64,000 bases of DNA from the human T2T-CHM13v2.0 reference genome, Homo sapiens: the NCBI RefSeq assembly GCF_009914755.1, contig NC_060933.1; one strand, 5' to 3'. The position numbers and the translations under genes were made by a program. Every line of letters starts with the position of its first letter. Position 1 is the stretch's first letter. The notes beneath the pieces were generated by a model, which saw nothing but the letters and a program-made list of their open reading frames with translations, was not told where the DNA came from and ran no database searches. This document shows, in pieces, positions 1-13,904 of the stretch.

Positions 1-218
1 TCTGCCTCCTGGGTTCAAGTGATTCCCATGCCTCAGACACCTGAGTTGCTGGGATTACAGGCATGTGCCACCACTCTGGGCTAAGTTTTTTATATTTTCA
101 GTAGACACAGGTTTTCACCATGTTAGCCAGGCTGGTCTCAAACTCCCGGCCTCAAGTGATCCTCCCACCTCAGCCTCCCAAAGTGCTGGGATTATGGGCA
201 TGAGCCACTGTGCCCAGC
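1..218 (-). mobile_element. Alu SINE (old, AluJ/S), cut by window start
   Basis: Antisense Alu motifs: GGGTTCAAGTGATT, GCTGGGATTACAGGC, CCTCCCAAAGTGCTGGGATT, GAGCCACTGTGCCCAGC. Confidence 0.95.
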
Positions 219-276
219 TGATTCCGTTAACTTTTATGAAAACAACAAGGACTCTGTTATTCATCTGTATATCTCT

Positions 277-637
277 TGATATGCTCTGGCTGTGTCCGCA
301 CCCAAATCTTACTTTGAATTGTAATTACCCCCACCTGTAAAGGGCAGGACCAGGTGGAGATCGTTGAATCATGGGGCCGTTTTCCCCCATACTGTTCTCG
401 TGGTAGTGAACAAGTCTCACGAAATCTGATGGTTTTATAAATGGGAGTTCCCCTGCAGAAGCGTCTCCTGCCTGCTGCCATACAAGAGGTGACTTTGCTC
501 CTCATTCACCTTCAGCCGTGATTGTGAGGTCTCCCCAGTCATGTGGAACTGTGAGTCAATTAAACCTCTTTCCTTTATAAATTACTATACCAGTCTCAGG
601 TATGTTTTTATTAGCAGCGTGAGAACAGACTAATACA
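277..637 (+). mobile_element. THE1 (THE1B-like) MaLR solo LTR
   Basis: Starts TGATATG..GGCTGTGTCC..ACCCAAATCT and ends ATTAGCAGCGTGAGAACAGACTAATACA; near-perfect 5-bp TSD TCTCT/TCCCT. Confidence 0.93.
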
Positions 638-959
638 TCCCTCTGTTCCTTGAATAGCATCGTCCTGATGATACAAAAGTGGTTCAAGAACTTAGTGTGG
701 TGTGGTATGATTTCCTCAATGGCTGTTATGGAGCCTTTTAACATGACTCCAAAGAGAGCATTCTTAATGCAGCATCTGCCAGATTTTGGAGAAGAGTTCT
801 GAACTGCTTACATTATTACCTCAGAGTAGATCTGCACTCCCTTCCTCTGGCTTGGTTCTGTCGGCTAACAGAATCTTATCCTCATTCTCTGAAAACTGGT
901 AGAAGGATAGAGATAACAAAAGAAGGACTTCACCATCAGTTATGTGCCTGCTGTTTGTT

Positions 960-1130
960 AAACACTGAGTTCCTCTTTTACATTTACTATTGCATTTAGT
1001 CTTCATGCCAAATTTTGAAAGTAAGTATGAACACGTTGATCTTACAGATAAGGAAACTGAAGTTCATCTCAGGGAGAAACTTACTCCCAAGCAGAGTACT
1101 GGCCGGTGTTAGAGCTGAAGTCCCTAATTA
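960..1130 (-). mobile_element. MIR fragment
   Basis: Core TTACAGATAAGGAAACTGAAG; boundaries approximate. Confidence 0.6.
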
Positions 1131-1633
1131 CACCCCTCTGATTTTCATCCCACTGAGGGGAGTGGAAATGCGAACAGACGTGGAATGAGTGAGCTTTCAA
1201 AAGTCTAGCTCTTAATTGCTGCAAATCTACTCCCTGTAAAGATCTGCCATTTATAGGCACAAGAATACAAACAACCCCAAAATAATTACCATCAGACCAC
1301 AGGGAATCTGGGAAAGAAGGACAGTAGGAGGGGAAAGTAAGTCTCCAAGCTTCTCTCCGTTCTTTATGTTAAGAATTGTAACAATACAAGTTATCAAAGC
1401 TCCTGAAAGAATTGCACGGATTTTTATTTCAATTTTGCTATATTTTTAAGTTTCTCATTACACATGAGAAGCACAAATCCTGTGAAACTGCAGAAAATAA
1501 AGGCCAGGTTTTTTAACTTTGATCACTACAACCTTGAAATAGATTCTTATTTATGACCTGATCTATTTTTTTGTGGACACTGGGCTAGAATGAAATTAGA
1601 TCTGATTAGATCCTGGAAAAAAAGAAACTAAAC

Positions 1634-1636
<3 letters not shown>

Positions 1637-1670
<34 letters not shown>
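1637..1670. repeat. (CA)n microsatellite
   Basis: ~14 AC units then CTCACAC. Confidence 0.95.
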
Positions 1671-2599
1671 GTTGTTTTAATGATGGTGGATATGCAAGAA
1701 AATAATAAAGAATTTTGACAGGACAGGGTTTTTTTTTTAATTCTTTGCAGCTCAAGTTACTGCTCTCTTACTTGGGCATAGATAGTAGAAATACCTTTTT
1801 AAATGAAAGCATTTAAATGAAGTATGTCCAATGTTGTTGCATAAAATCCCATTTGACTTGATTCTGCTTCTTTCTGATGAACCACATATTTATTTGCTGC
1901 ATCAAGTTCCTTTAGAAAAAGTTATAAGTTTATCAAACACGTGGGCAAATATCAGATAATTGTTATATTCTGTATAATACATAGTTTTATAGTCTACATA
2001 CGTGTAATAATTGCTGCCTATAATTGCAGAAGTTCTGGGTAAGGGGGAGAACAAGAAGAAATCAAACACTATGGCCACTGACCATGTTGGGCAATTAACT
2101 GAGATCTTTTCCTCTTGGATAAAAGGAGGGGCCTGGACCAGCTATTTTGTGGGTTCCTATCAGGTCTGACATTTCATATGACCTCATGTCTGCCGAAACA
2201 GTGGTTTTTGTGCAATTATCCAAGAGCTAAAATAAAAGGAGACTTCCAAACATAACTAGTGTTAAACTCCATCTCAGCTTTTCATTTCATGAATTAGAAT
2301 ATAGTATAGTTTCCTTACTTTATAAAGGCACTTCGGAAAATTTTATTTTCTGTAACAGTTCTTAAAACATTCCCTTCACATCTGAAGGGCTTAGTGAATA
2401 TTTGTTGAACAAGTGAATGAATAAATGAAAGAATAATACGAATTCATTTTGTATTTTGAATTCATATTAGCCCCTAAACTACCTGTTTTTTTTAGCTCAT
2501 CCCTTTATCACTATCATTACTAAATTTTCTAATTTTGTTTTTATCTAATAATACTGTTTTATTAGATTTCCCTTGAATCAGGGTAATTTAGATAAACAA

Positions 2600-2900
2600 A
2601 GTTTCAGTGAGTGTTATTACATTTTTACTATGGTTCTAGATGTCGTTGGAACGCAGAGATGGGACAAAGAACTCATTTGCCCTCCAGGGACTTACAGTCT
2701 AGCCGGGTGAATAGAAGTGAAAAACAAACAAACAAACAAACAAACAAAAACGCTTAACAAAAAGGGAGACCATAATAGAAATTAAATGGAGGAAGACTAT
2801 GTGTACATTTGAAGGAACCAGAACACTTTTCAGAAAAAAACAAACAAACAAAAAACAACTTTAAAGACAAGTCTTAAGGAGTGGGTGGAGTTTTGACACA
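2600..2900 (-). mobile_element. L2 fragment containing an (AAAC)n repeat
   Basis: TGCCCTCCAGGGACTTACAGTCTAG resembles the L2 3' end; (AAAC)n at ~2722-2748. Confidence 0.5.
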
Positions 2901-3074
2901 GACTAGTGGGAAAACAGTTCTGGGTTTTTCTACACTAACTTGATGCTGGATCCAATCTGGACTGAGTCTGGGATTTGTGATTCCTTTATAAGGTTAAAAA
3001 TAATAACAGGTATCTCAGTGTTTTTTGTGATCTTTAAAAGGTTCAAAGCCATTGATGAGTTTCCTATTATTGAG

Positions 3075-3200
3075 TCCTCATATCCACCTTACATGTTAGG
3101 CAGAGTGGACATCGTTATCCCTATTTGTTAGATGAGGAAACTGGGCTCACCAGTTCTCAAGGTTGCGGAGACAGCAGGTGATTAAACAGAGAAAACCACC
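3075..3200 (-). mobile_element. MIR fragment
   Basis: TTATCCCTATTTGTTAGATGAGGAAACTGGGCTCA core. Confidence 0.7.
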
Positions 3201-4462
3201 TCTTACCTTGGAAAATCAATGCTGTTGATACTGTAATAATTTACATCATATCGGCAATGGGAAACTATCAGTCTGAGACCAAGGCTCCATCTTCCTGGGA
3301 GTGGTGTTATCCATATTATGTGTTTTAAGCAATGCTGTTTAACCAAGAACTTCTTAATTATCATCAAACCCCCTATGGTAACAGCACATGCTTATGACTA
3401 GAAACTCAATTATCTGAAAGAAAGGTGTATAAAAAGAGAGAATACTGAAATCTCAAATGAGCATTTGCCAGAAGAACATGGTGTGCATGGTGTATGTCAC
3501 ATAGCTATCTTGAAAAAACAAGCTTCGTGTTCTATAGGTAAGTCTCAATCATTTGAAAAAACATTAAAGGCAGGGTGATCATGAGAATAGTATAGGACAT
3601 TGAGGGCAGGCAAATGTGAATTCAAACTCAGGAGCTCTGAAGCATTTTCCCCAGTAGAAAGCATCTTTTTTGTTGGCTCACTGCAATGATTTCTAGATTC
3701 CTAGGCTAAAACTCATATGCCTAAAAATATACTGAAAATTTAAGGAAAATAGAGGAAACAAAATAGAGGAAGCATATTTGAGAGAAAATCAAGATCAAGT
3801 GGCAGAGTTTAATGTCGGGATCATTTCTGCCAATTATCCTTGGTTTTAAGCAGCTATTGTAGATGCTAATTTTGTTTCAACTTTGGAGAGTAGTTAAGAG
3901 GAGGAAGGAATGAAAATTTCTCCTCTTATTTTTGGCCTATATAGTCTCATTGATCTGAACTGCACAAAGAATTAAAGAGCATTTGTGCAAAAATACTAGA
4001 TGTTGAGAGAGCCCTTACCATGCTTTTGAAAATTGCGTACATTGCATTTGTAATAATCCAGATGTAAGGATTTCCAATGACCTTGATATTCCTGATACAA
4101 AATGGGATTCTAAGCATGTCCAAATACCTCCAGAAAAACTCTCAACCCTCACACCTCAATCATGAGTCCCTCATCTATCTTTCCTTATAGAAATTATATT
4201 TTGACTTCTTGAAGCCATTTTAAGCCTTTGTTCTTTTTCTGTCTGGGAAATAACAGACAGTGTGACCCCGGCTGTCATCTTGTTTTTCAACTGCTGGAGT
4301 GATTCTGCTCAATAAGTAGCAACCAATGGTGACTACTGTAATTTGAATTATAAAAGGGAGGGTGGAATGATGTGCAGACAAAGCTCAGATGTGGGTTTGT
4401 TGATATTTGTAGCAGGAGGTTAATTAGCATTAGCAGAAGTATCAGCAGTTGCTTGGACTTAC

Positions 4463-4479
4463 TCATAAGGTACGGTTTG
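4463..4479 (-). other. Candidate 17-nt microexon of an unidentified minus-strand gene
   Basis: Minus strand reads ttttgacttgttttcctctgtactatactgttaatag|CAAACCGTACCTTATGA|gtaagt: possible branch point, pyrimidine tract, AG and a consensus GTAAGT donor, inside a repeat-free island. Confidence 0.4.
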
Positions 4480-6505
4480 CTATTAACAGTATAGTACAGA
4501 GGAAAACAAGTCAAAATAGTTTTTGTTCCTCTTACAGAAAACCATTTACAAAAACAAACATAAAGTAATTGGATTCTTTTTTGTTTGCTTTCAGTTTCTC
4601 CTTTCCAGCTAAGTGTTTGATTTAGCTGCTTCTCTTGCTCCTTCCAAGTCTTACATGGTTTGAACAGCAATAGTTGTGCTTTCTTTTTCTCTTTTGCATT
4701 AGCTCCTTCCCTACTCCCTCTCCCATCCTTTGGTTCTTGTTGTTTTCCCTTGAGGCGAAAACTTTATGTTCAGATGATTTTTTTTTATTTGTAATTACTG
4801 ATGGGTGCATTTTTATGGGTGCTTTATAAGTTTGGGATTGTATGGATCCAAGGCACACAACCATTCCTCTGATTGCTCTTTTTCCATCTAAATTGTTTGA
4901 AGCCACTGCCTCCCTCTAATCTTTGCAATGAACAGAGTAACTATTGTAGCTAATGTTTAAGCTTTGATCAAAGCCCAGAGAAGGCTTATATTGGTTTGAC
5001 TTTGTTCGTAGTTTCCTTCATTTGCTCTCTAATAAGCAAGAAAACATGGATTATTCTTTTAAAATGGCATTTTAAAAATCTGTATGCAAGAAAATTTAGT
5101 GTCACTTGAAAAACTATTCCAGATATTCTCAAAATAAATGTCCAGTGTTTAGTAACAATAGGGTTATTTAATAAATAGATGATCTTATAGTATTAATATA
5201 TTTTTGAAGTTTTATAAAAAATTTACGTTCATAATCTATTGCAGATGTTAATTAATAATGAAAGATCAATAAATAATAGCCATAATGTAAATTAAAATAT
5301 CTCCTGCTGTGCAAGACTACAGTTATTAGATTTTTAATGAGGATATTTTAAATAATTCCTTCATTCTTTCCTTTTGTGAAGGAAACCAAAAATGAGTGAA
5401 AAAAAATTAAGGAACTATGCTGTTTTTTAAAAAACTGTGACCACAAATCAAAGTGCTTAAAATTATTTTAGGAAAATTAACCTCACGGTGATAAAGGATA
5501 TGGTGCTTGGTGTGCCACCATTGTTTTGTGTAGAAATGTGAAAGAAAGGAAACAGTAACGTCATTTCCACTTCGACTTGCCAAATCAAGACCATATATGT
5601 GTGTGTATGTGTATATACATTTAGCTGTAGCTTATTTATAAAAATACTAGCACACAAGACTCATAGGTATATGAATATTACTAGGTATTTTGGTTCCTTG
5701 AATAGACAAGTTGTAAATCCTTCAATAAATAATTTATCCGACTCTGTTGTACAGAGGAAGATGCAGCAGTCGACATAGGCTAAGTGATGAACCCAAGTTG
5801 AATTAGCAACTTGGAGACTGGGCTGGGGCTGACATCTAAATCCTTGACCCTTTATTTAGCAGCCTTTTCTTAAATCTACAATGCCATATAGGCATTATCT
5901 TGGAAATCAGGATAAAGACATCTTTGGTTTTAATTTTATTTATCTTCCATCTTATCTCTGTTAAAATTCATAGGATATGTAGCCTATAATTTATGGGCTG
6001 AAGAATTGGAAATGTGTTAAAAGTGAAGCGATTTTAGGATTCTGTTCAAGTTTATGTATGCTCAAATTTTATTTCACATTTCAAAAGAATATTTATATCT
6101 TGAATTCCCATGATTGATGAAAGAAAGTAAAGGAAGGAGAAGCTTTATTTATAACTCTCCTCTGTTGTAGTGAGAGGATGGCTGCTGCAATGTCTTCAGA
6201 TGCTGATAGCTAACGATCAAACTATTTAAGCAACATGAAGATTAGCTGTAGATATATGGATAAGAACTATAAATCCACATTTCCCCTGTGTGGTCAGTGG
6301 AGAGCAGGCAATTTTTTTGTTTTTCATTAATGGTCTGAGTGCCTTATTGTGTCTAAGTAATAAAAATACATAAATAAAAATTTTAATTGCCACAGTAGAC
6401 TTTGGTGAAGGACTAACTTAAAATAGGTTTTAGGCTGCTTGATACTTGAACATTGAGCTACCACATGAAATAAAAGGAAATTCTAGGCCTGAGAGGCAAT
6501 TAAAG

Positions 6506-6508
<3 letters not shown>

Positions 6509-6545
<37 letters not shown>
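6509..6545. repeat. (GA)n microsatellite
   Basis: ~18 perfect GA units. Confidence 0.95.
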
Positions 6546-6547
<2 letters not shown>

Positions 6548-6699
6548 AGGAAGAATATTCTTATATCATGAGAAAATATATGAAGACCAAGCAAGATAGA
6601 GGAAGGAATCAAAGACAAAGTAATAAATGCAAGAGCTTAGAAATGGATTGATACAAATAAGGAATCAGGCTTTAAAGGGTATGGTGATTTTGAGTAATA

Positions 6700-6961
6700 A
6701 TAAAAAATAGTTAATATTTTTGAGCACTTACATTATGCTAGTATTATAAGGTTTTTACCTAAACTATCTTAGTTAATTCTTATAACACTTTGTATGTGTG
6801 TTGAACAATATGTATAATTATTTTCTAGAGGAGGAAAATTAAGTAATAGCAAAATATTTTCCCCAAGGACACTCAACTAGAAAATAGTTGGAAGACTCTG
6901 TATTTGAACTCAGGAATGTCTAAATCAAGAATTGGAAGCTCTGAGCCATTCTATTATACTG
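6700..6961 (-). mobile_element. MIR, near full length
   Basis: TGAGCACTTAC...GAGGAAAATTAAG...CCCAAGGACACTCAACTAG...TTTGAACTCAGG. Confidence 0.7.
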
Positions 6962-8877
6962 TCTCCAGTGATCAATTGTCTCTAATCCTTGCTGGTATCC
7001 AAGACCAGTGGGTGTATGATTCGTAGGTAATTTGAGCTGGCATAATGGACCAAGGGCCTGGCAACAAACAAACAGAGCAAGAAATAAATTATAATTCTTC
7101 TGTAGCTGTACCATTTTAACATATTTGTTATGCAGGAAACCTTAAATTATTTTAAAAGACAAGCATCTTCTTCAAATTATCTGGAATGTCTAGCAAGTTG
7201 ATGCTAGGAAATATGCTATTTTTCCATTCTTTTTAGTATATTCTTTCTCATCATAATGCCATCCTCAAAATACTTAGCACATGGTAAATGAGGGAAAAAT
7301 CTATATGAAAAAAATGTGGCAAGAATATTGAGGAAGTGATTAAGAACAGATGGATGTTTTGCAAGCACAAAAGAATTCTAAAATAAATGAGAGTTCACAA
7401 GAGGTTTGTAGGAATCAGTTAACGTCCTATGCAAATATTGAGATACATGTGCAAAAGTCACATCCAGGTCTCGCTTCGTTTATGAGCCACAAGCAATAAT
7501 AATACAGAATAAGTCTTTTTGCAGAATGGCCAAACTTAACTATTTCTTTATAATCTTCATGTTACAATATTTTTTAGATGCAATTCACCCGATTTCCCAT
7601 CCCAACCTTATCATTTCCCACTCTTATCAACTTCTGGCTAATAAGGCTCACAAGCCAACAGGGAAAGTATGCCTTTACAGCTATACTAGATAAGCAAGCA
7701 CTTTACAAATGCCAAGACACAAGATTTATAGTAACGTGTAATCTTAGACGTGGTGTCACCACAGACCCTTCGACTCCCTCCTGCTTCCTATTTATCTCTA
7801 ATCAAAACCACTTGGGCTCACAGTGTAGCATCCATCAGATGTAAGTGACAAAACTGGGAGAGAATAGTGAACCTCACTGAGACTAGAAGATCTCAGGTGT
7901 GTTTAGTATAGGAAAGCAGGCAGTGCATGAGTGACTACAATCCCTGAGCAACACAACTAGAAAGGACATATGGATACAGGTTCAAATTTTTAAAATATAT
8001 TTACCCTATCCACTAGCAAAATGTGACCAAGTGAATACAAATACACCTACAGTATTTTCTCCAAAACTGCCCTCAGTGAGAAAAGGGATCTTGCACTAAT
8101 GGCATCTCCTTTCAATGAGTAGAGGCAGGAACATGGAGAAAGCTAGAGAAGGGCTCTCCCTTTCGAAAGAACCAATAGCAAAAAGACTAGTTCTCAATTC
8201 TATTTGCTCCAGGATGTGGAGTAAAAATAATTTATTGATAGTTTCTCAGAAGGACAAGAACATTTAGATTTGGAAGGTAGCATCTAGGATACCAATAAAA
8301 ATATCTAACTATTAAACAGTTACCTGGTGTTAGGTATTACATTGTGACCTCCACATATGGCATTTTATTTAGTCTTCACAGCAATGTCTGAGAACAAATT
8401 ATACATATGTAACAGATATAAAAACCTAAAAAAAAGATATTAAAGAGTTTACTCAAGGGTGAAAACAGTCAGAATGCAGAATTCAACCATATTATTTTAT
8501 GAATTTTTACTGACAAAATATAAAAATTTACTATATGAAGTTAGTATGATATTTGATATTATCTGTCAGGAAAAAAAGCAGCATTTAGGATACATAAGCA
8601 AGTATAACTGATTTCAAAATATTGTCCCTTCTGCCATGCAATCTTTGCAGGAGTTGCTAATTCAGAGGTAATGAGCTCTTTTCTCTCATACATTGCAAGG
8701 AATTTACCTTTGCCTGCACATGAGCAGATGATAATCATCTGTGGAACAAGATGCAGCATAGGGAAGAAGCTGGTAAGGGCAAGACTACTAAGATTTTACA
8801 ATATGTTATAAACAGGCTCTCTATGTAGGGGCCGGTATGTCACTGGTCTTTTCCTCGCTGATAAAAATCAGTGCGTT

Positions 8878-9192
8878 AGCCAGGCGCAGTGGCTCACAGC
8901 TGTATTCTCAGCACTTTGTGAGGCCAAGGTGGGAAGGTTGCTTGAGTCCAGGAGTTCCAGACCAGCTTAGGCAACATGACGAAACCCCATCTCTACAAAA
9001 GTGCAAAAATTAGCCAGGCGTCATGGCATGCGCCTGTCCCAGCTAATCAGGAGGCTGAGGCACAGAAGGATCGCTTGAGCCTTGGAAGTGGAAGTTACAA
9101 TGAGCTGAGATCACACCACTGCACTGCAGCTTGGGTGGCAAGCCAGACTGTCAAAAAATAAAAATAAAAATAAAAAACAGAAAGAGAAAAAG
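8878..9192 (+). mobile_element. AluJ-type SINE
   Basis: Full dimer; J-type GCTTGAGTCCAGGAGTT and AGGATCGCTTGAGCC; A-rich tail; degenerate TSD AAATCAG..GTGC. Confidence 0.93.
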
Positions 9193-9656
9193 AAATCAGA
9201 GTGCTCATACTTTGAAGTATTCATTTTGCAGGTGGGGAAAAGAGATGTTAATCCACTAAGTAAGAAGTTAATAGGTAATATTTTTCCTTTCTGTCTTTCT
9301 GAGAAGGCTTGCATAAATAAAAATACACTCAGCAGCCATTTTCTTTTGCCCCCTATAATTAAATCTCAGAATACTATTACCTTCAAATATTTAGCCTTGG
9401 TTTCATTAATTTCATTAATTTCTTTTGGTAGGCATATTGCTTTACCACATGATGTTTGATTGCAAATTGTTTTGAATCCAGAATTTGCTTTGTAGTTCTC
9501 CTACCAGGAATTTCTTCAGCATAAGTTTTAACAAAACCTATTTTCTAAAATTTTATTTCAAAGAGAAATATAAGTAAAAAGATATCTGGATTCTGAGTAC
9601 TCAGTTTTGAAATAAAGACAATAGACTTATTCAGCCAACAATGGTTGGACTTTATA

Positions 9657-10132
<476 letters not shown>

Positions 10133-10429
10133 TATATTCTCCAGTGTCTTAGGAACTGTGAAATGTACCAAGAAAGTTGTGGCTTATCTCCTTCCTAGAG
10201 GGACCATCCGATACTCCTTTACTCCGCTGTTTGCCCGTGTTGCAGTGGTTTTGAGGGCTTGATGAATAACTATTCATCCAATCAGCGAGTATATAGTATT
10301 TTCTCTTATGTACTTGGTATGGGCTAGGACCAAGATATTCGATCTTGAATTGGACATGGTAGTAGAGAGGAGCAGATAAATAGCTGACTTTCGAAGTCAC
10401 AAAATGAAAGTGATTCCCTGAACAGCTGT

Positions 10430-10620
10430 GACCTGAATTTGAATCTTTGGTCTACTATGTGTAAGCTGTATGACCTTGAAAATAATGTGATTTCTGTAAA
10501 TCCCAGACCCGAATTAGTAGCATGAGATCACAAATTTCTTCTTCACTGGCTTGTTATGAGGATTAAATGACCATGTATATAAAACACTACAACCTAGAAA
10601 TTGTTTAATAAATAGTAGTT
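10430..10620 (+). mobile_element. MIR fragment
   Basis: TTTGAATC..AGCTGTATGACCTTG..TTGTTATGAGGATTAAATGA. Confidence 0.65.
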
Positions 10621-11710
10621 GTTTCCTCATCCTTTTTTCAGCCACACATAAAGGTAGACCTAAAAAAAAAAAAGCAAATTCAGGAAGGATATGTTGATTA
10701 TGGAGGTAGAAGGTGAATAAGACCTTTGGGGAAATGAGCCCTGTGTTGCAATAATCTCACTTATGAGACTAAGAGAAGTTCTCTTAGACAGATCTGGTAT
10801 TTTCTCTTTCTCTCTCTCAACTCTTTAATCTTTGTTAAGCCATACCCACCAGGGTACATAAAACCAGAAAATATTCCATTAAGCCCCTGATGGTTTCAGC
10901 CTATTTTTCACCAGAGCACAATCTAATAAATCTTTTCTTGGGATCCTTTACTCTTTCATTGAACTGATAGACTTTGGTTTTGAAGATAGATTAATAATTC
11001 CACTTATTATGCTATAACTATGTTCCAAAGAATTTATCCTTGGTCTTCAAAGAAACACTCTGAAATAGGTCCTATAATTATATTTATTTTATACAAGTGG
11101 AAAGGGAGAATAATAGAGAAGAAATAATTTGTTCAAAGTCACATGTCTACTATGGAGAAATGAACCAAGGTTTGTATGGCTGCAGTGGCTGCTGTTTTGA
11201 AATTGAAAATAACAATAATAGTTATTCAACATTCTAGTTATTCAGCATTCTAAGCAAATTCACCAAGAAATAAAGGACAGGGGCCCTTGCTTCTTCACTT
11301 CAAAAGCTCTTGAAATGATGTCGTGTAGCTGTTACTCTCTGAAATTGGCTTATCCTCTGGGAATAATTATGCAATAATCACTTATAAATGGCTGCAGGGA
11401 AATGCTGAAGCTGGACTGTGTAAGTCTTGCACTGCTAAAGAAAATAATTGCAAATATTACCATGGTTAAGACAGCTGTTTATTTCTGTCGAATGCATGAG
11501 AATATATGGAACAAATAAAGAATAATTTATCTGTGTAAAAACATATATACACATTTGATTCAAAATTGATATCCGGGGAAAAGTTTTATCTTTTTTTTTT
11601 TTGCCCTGATGGAAAGATAATGCTGCCTAAAAATAATACACTATGTAAATGTCATCAGATTCAATCATATCTTTACCATGTTCAGCAGTTTTTAATGCCG
11701 GAATGGGTAT

Positions 11711-12582
11711 TGTAGATATAACAAAAAGTAAACTCAGTTTTTCATACTATACTCTCACAACAAAAACACTTCTGTGACCAAATGTATGTGGGGGGAGTAA
11801 GCAAGCAATTCTGCAGATGATTCTGCAGGAGATCCTGTAGTGAATACCAGCTAGACGTTCTCTATTTCAATTCAGTTTTGACATTATCCACCTGAAGACA
11901 GTATCACATCCCACAGACTGAGGGCTCAGTCCCACAGGACTGCTCTGCACTTCCAATGGCAATCACAGGTCCCAGGTTGTTTTACCTGTGTTTCTGACCA
12001 ACTGGCTATAAATTTGCGTTCCCACGACCCCCTTCCTGTGTTGCATTAATTTGCTAAAGAGGCTCAAAAAACTCAGGGGAACACGTACTTACATTTACCA
12101 GTTCAGTATAAAGGATATTACAAAGGATAAAGATGAACAGCCAGATGGAAGAGACACATAAGGCAAAGCGTGGGAGAAGGGAGCACCAAGATTCCATACC
12201 CTCTCAGCACACACCACCCTCCAGGAACCTCCACTTGTTTAGCTATCTGGAAGCTACTGACCCCAATTCTTTTGGGTTTTCATGGAAGTCTTATTATGTA
12301 GTCATGATTGATTAAGTCATTGGCCATTGGTGACCACCTTAACTTTTAGCCCTTACCTTCCTCCAGAGGTAGGAGGGGAGGGGTTAAAAATCCCAACCCT
12401 CTAACAAAGCCTTGGTCTTTCTGGTAACCAGCCTCCATCCTGAAGCTACCTAGGGGCTGCTAGTCACTAGTCATCTCATTAACATATAACAGATACTCTC
12501 CATTCTACTTACTCCAAGGATTTTAGGAGCTATATGTCAGGAAATTGGGATAAAGACCAAATATGTATTTCACAATATCACA
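11711..12582 (-). mobile_element. MER21-family solo LTR
   Basis: Reverse complement starts TGTGATATTGTGAAATACATATTTGGTCTT; internal GAGGGCTCAGTCCCACAGGACTGC and CCCTCCAGGAACCTCCAC; TG...CA ends. Confidence 0.88.
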
Positions 12583-12825
12583 GTTATATTTTAACAAACA
12601 CCATTAGTGAGTAGTATTTTTAGTGAAAATGAATGCATTATTTCCATATTATTGAAAGGAGTATTTGTTCTTCCTCTTTACTAAAACTAAGCTACAGTTT
12701 CAATGAGAAAAAATAAAGTAATGGTATCAATCATGAAATTGAGTAGATAAGATTAATGCATTCTTGTATCCTGAGTATAAACAAAACAAATAGTTCCACC
12801 ATGGCTCAGTTCCTCAGTTTGCTAA

Positions 12826-13231
<406 letters not shown>

Positions 13232-13540
13232 TGTGCATGGTATTTATCACTATTTGCAGTTCTACATTTCTGTTGGATAACTTATTTACCTATTATGTTG
13301 ACACCTTAAACTACAATCTCTATCAATTTGCTTATTTATCTATCCCAGATTCCAAAAAGTTATAGATACGTAGTAAGTTTTTGAAATAAAAAATTTATTA
13401 TATTCCACTCCTTTGCACATCACTCATTCTCATCCCATTCCTTTTTCAGTGCTGGTCTTGAACATTTTTCCTATTCCTACATGAATTAATATATCTAAAC
13501 CTTGTTTCATACTGAATCTAGTACACAGAGTATTACTGGT

Positions 13541-13904
13541 TGTTATCTTAATGTGTCCCCCAAATTTCATGTGTTGGAAACTTCATCACCCAATTCATGT
13601 GTTGATAGTATTTGGAGGTGGGGTCTTTAAGAGGTAATTAGGATTATATAAAGTAATCAGAATGGGATTTCCATCATGGGACTGGTGGCTTTATAAGAAG
13701 AGAAAGACCTGAGCTGATGTACTCTAGCACTCTGGCCATGTGATGGCATCTGACATGTTATGACACAGCAAAAAGGCCCTAACAAGATGAGGCTCCTGAC
13801 CTTGGACTTTCCTGCCTCTAGAACTGTAAGAAATAAATTTATGTTAAGTATAAATTGCCCAGTCTCAGGTATTCTGTTATAGCAACAGAAAACAGACTAA
13901 GACA
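13541..13904 (+). mobile_element. MaLR solo LTR (MLT1A/MST type)
   Basis: Ends CCCAGTCTCAGGTATTCTGTTATAGCAACAGAAAACAGACTAAGACA; TSD CTGGT/GTGGT. Confidence 0.9.

Noticed and set aside
525-545. Position of the PRDM9 hotspot motif within THE1
   Set aside because: Reads TCTCCCCAGTCAT, which does not match CCTCCCTAGCCAC
3207-3230. 24-nt minus-strand AG...GTAAGA pseudo-exon
   Set aside because: Acceptor has no pyrimidine tract and the site abuts a MIR; likely chance
4287-4670. 127-aa minus-strand ORF
   Set aside because: Starts at a non-ATG codon, low complexity, no recognisable domain; only the internal 17-nt splice-bounded segment is kept as a candidate
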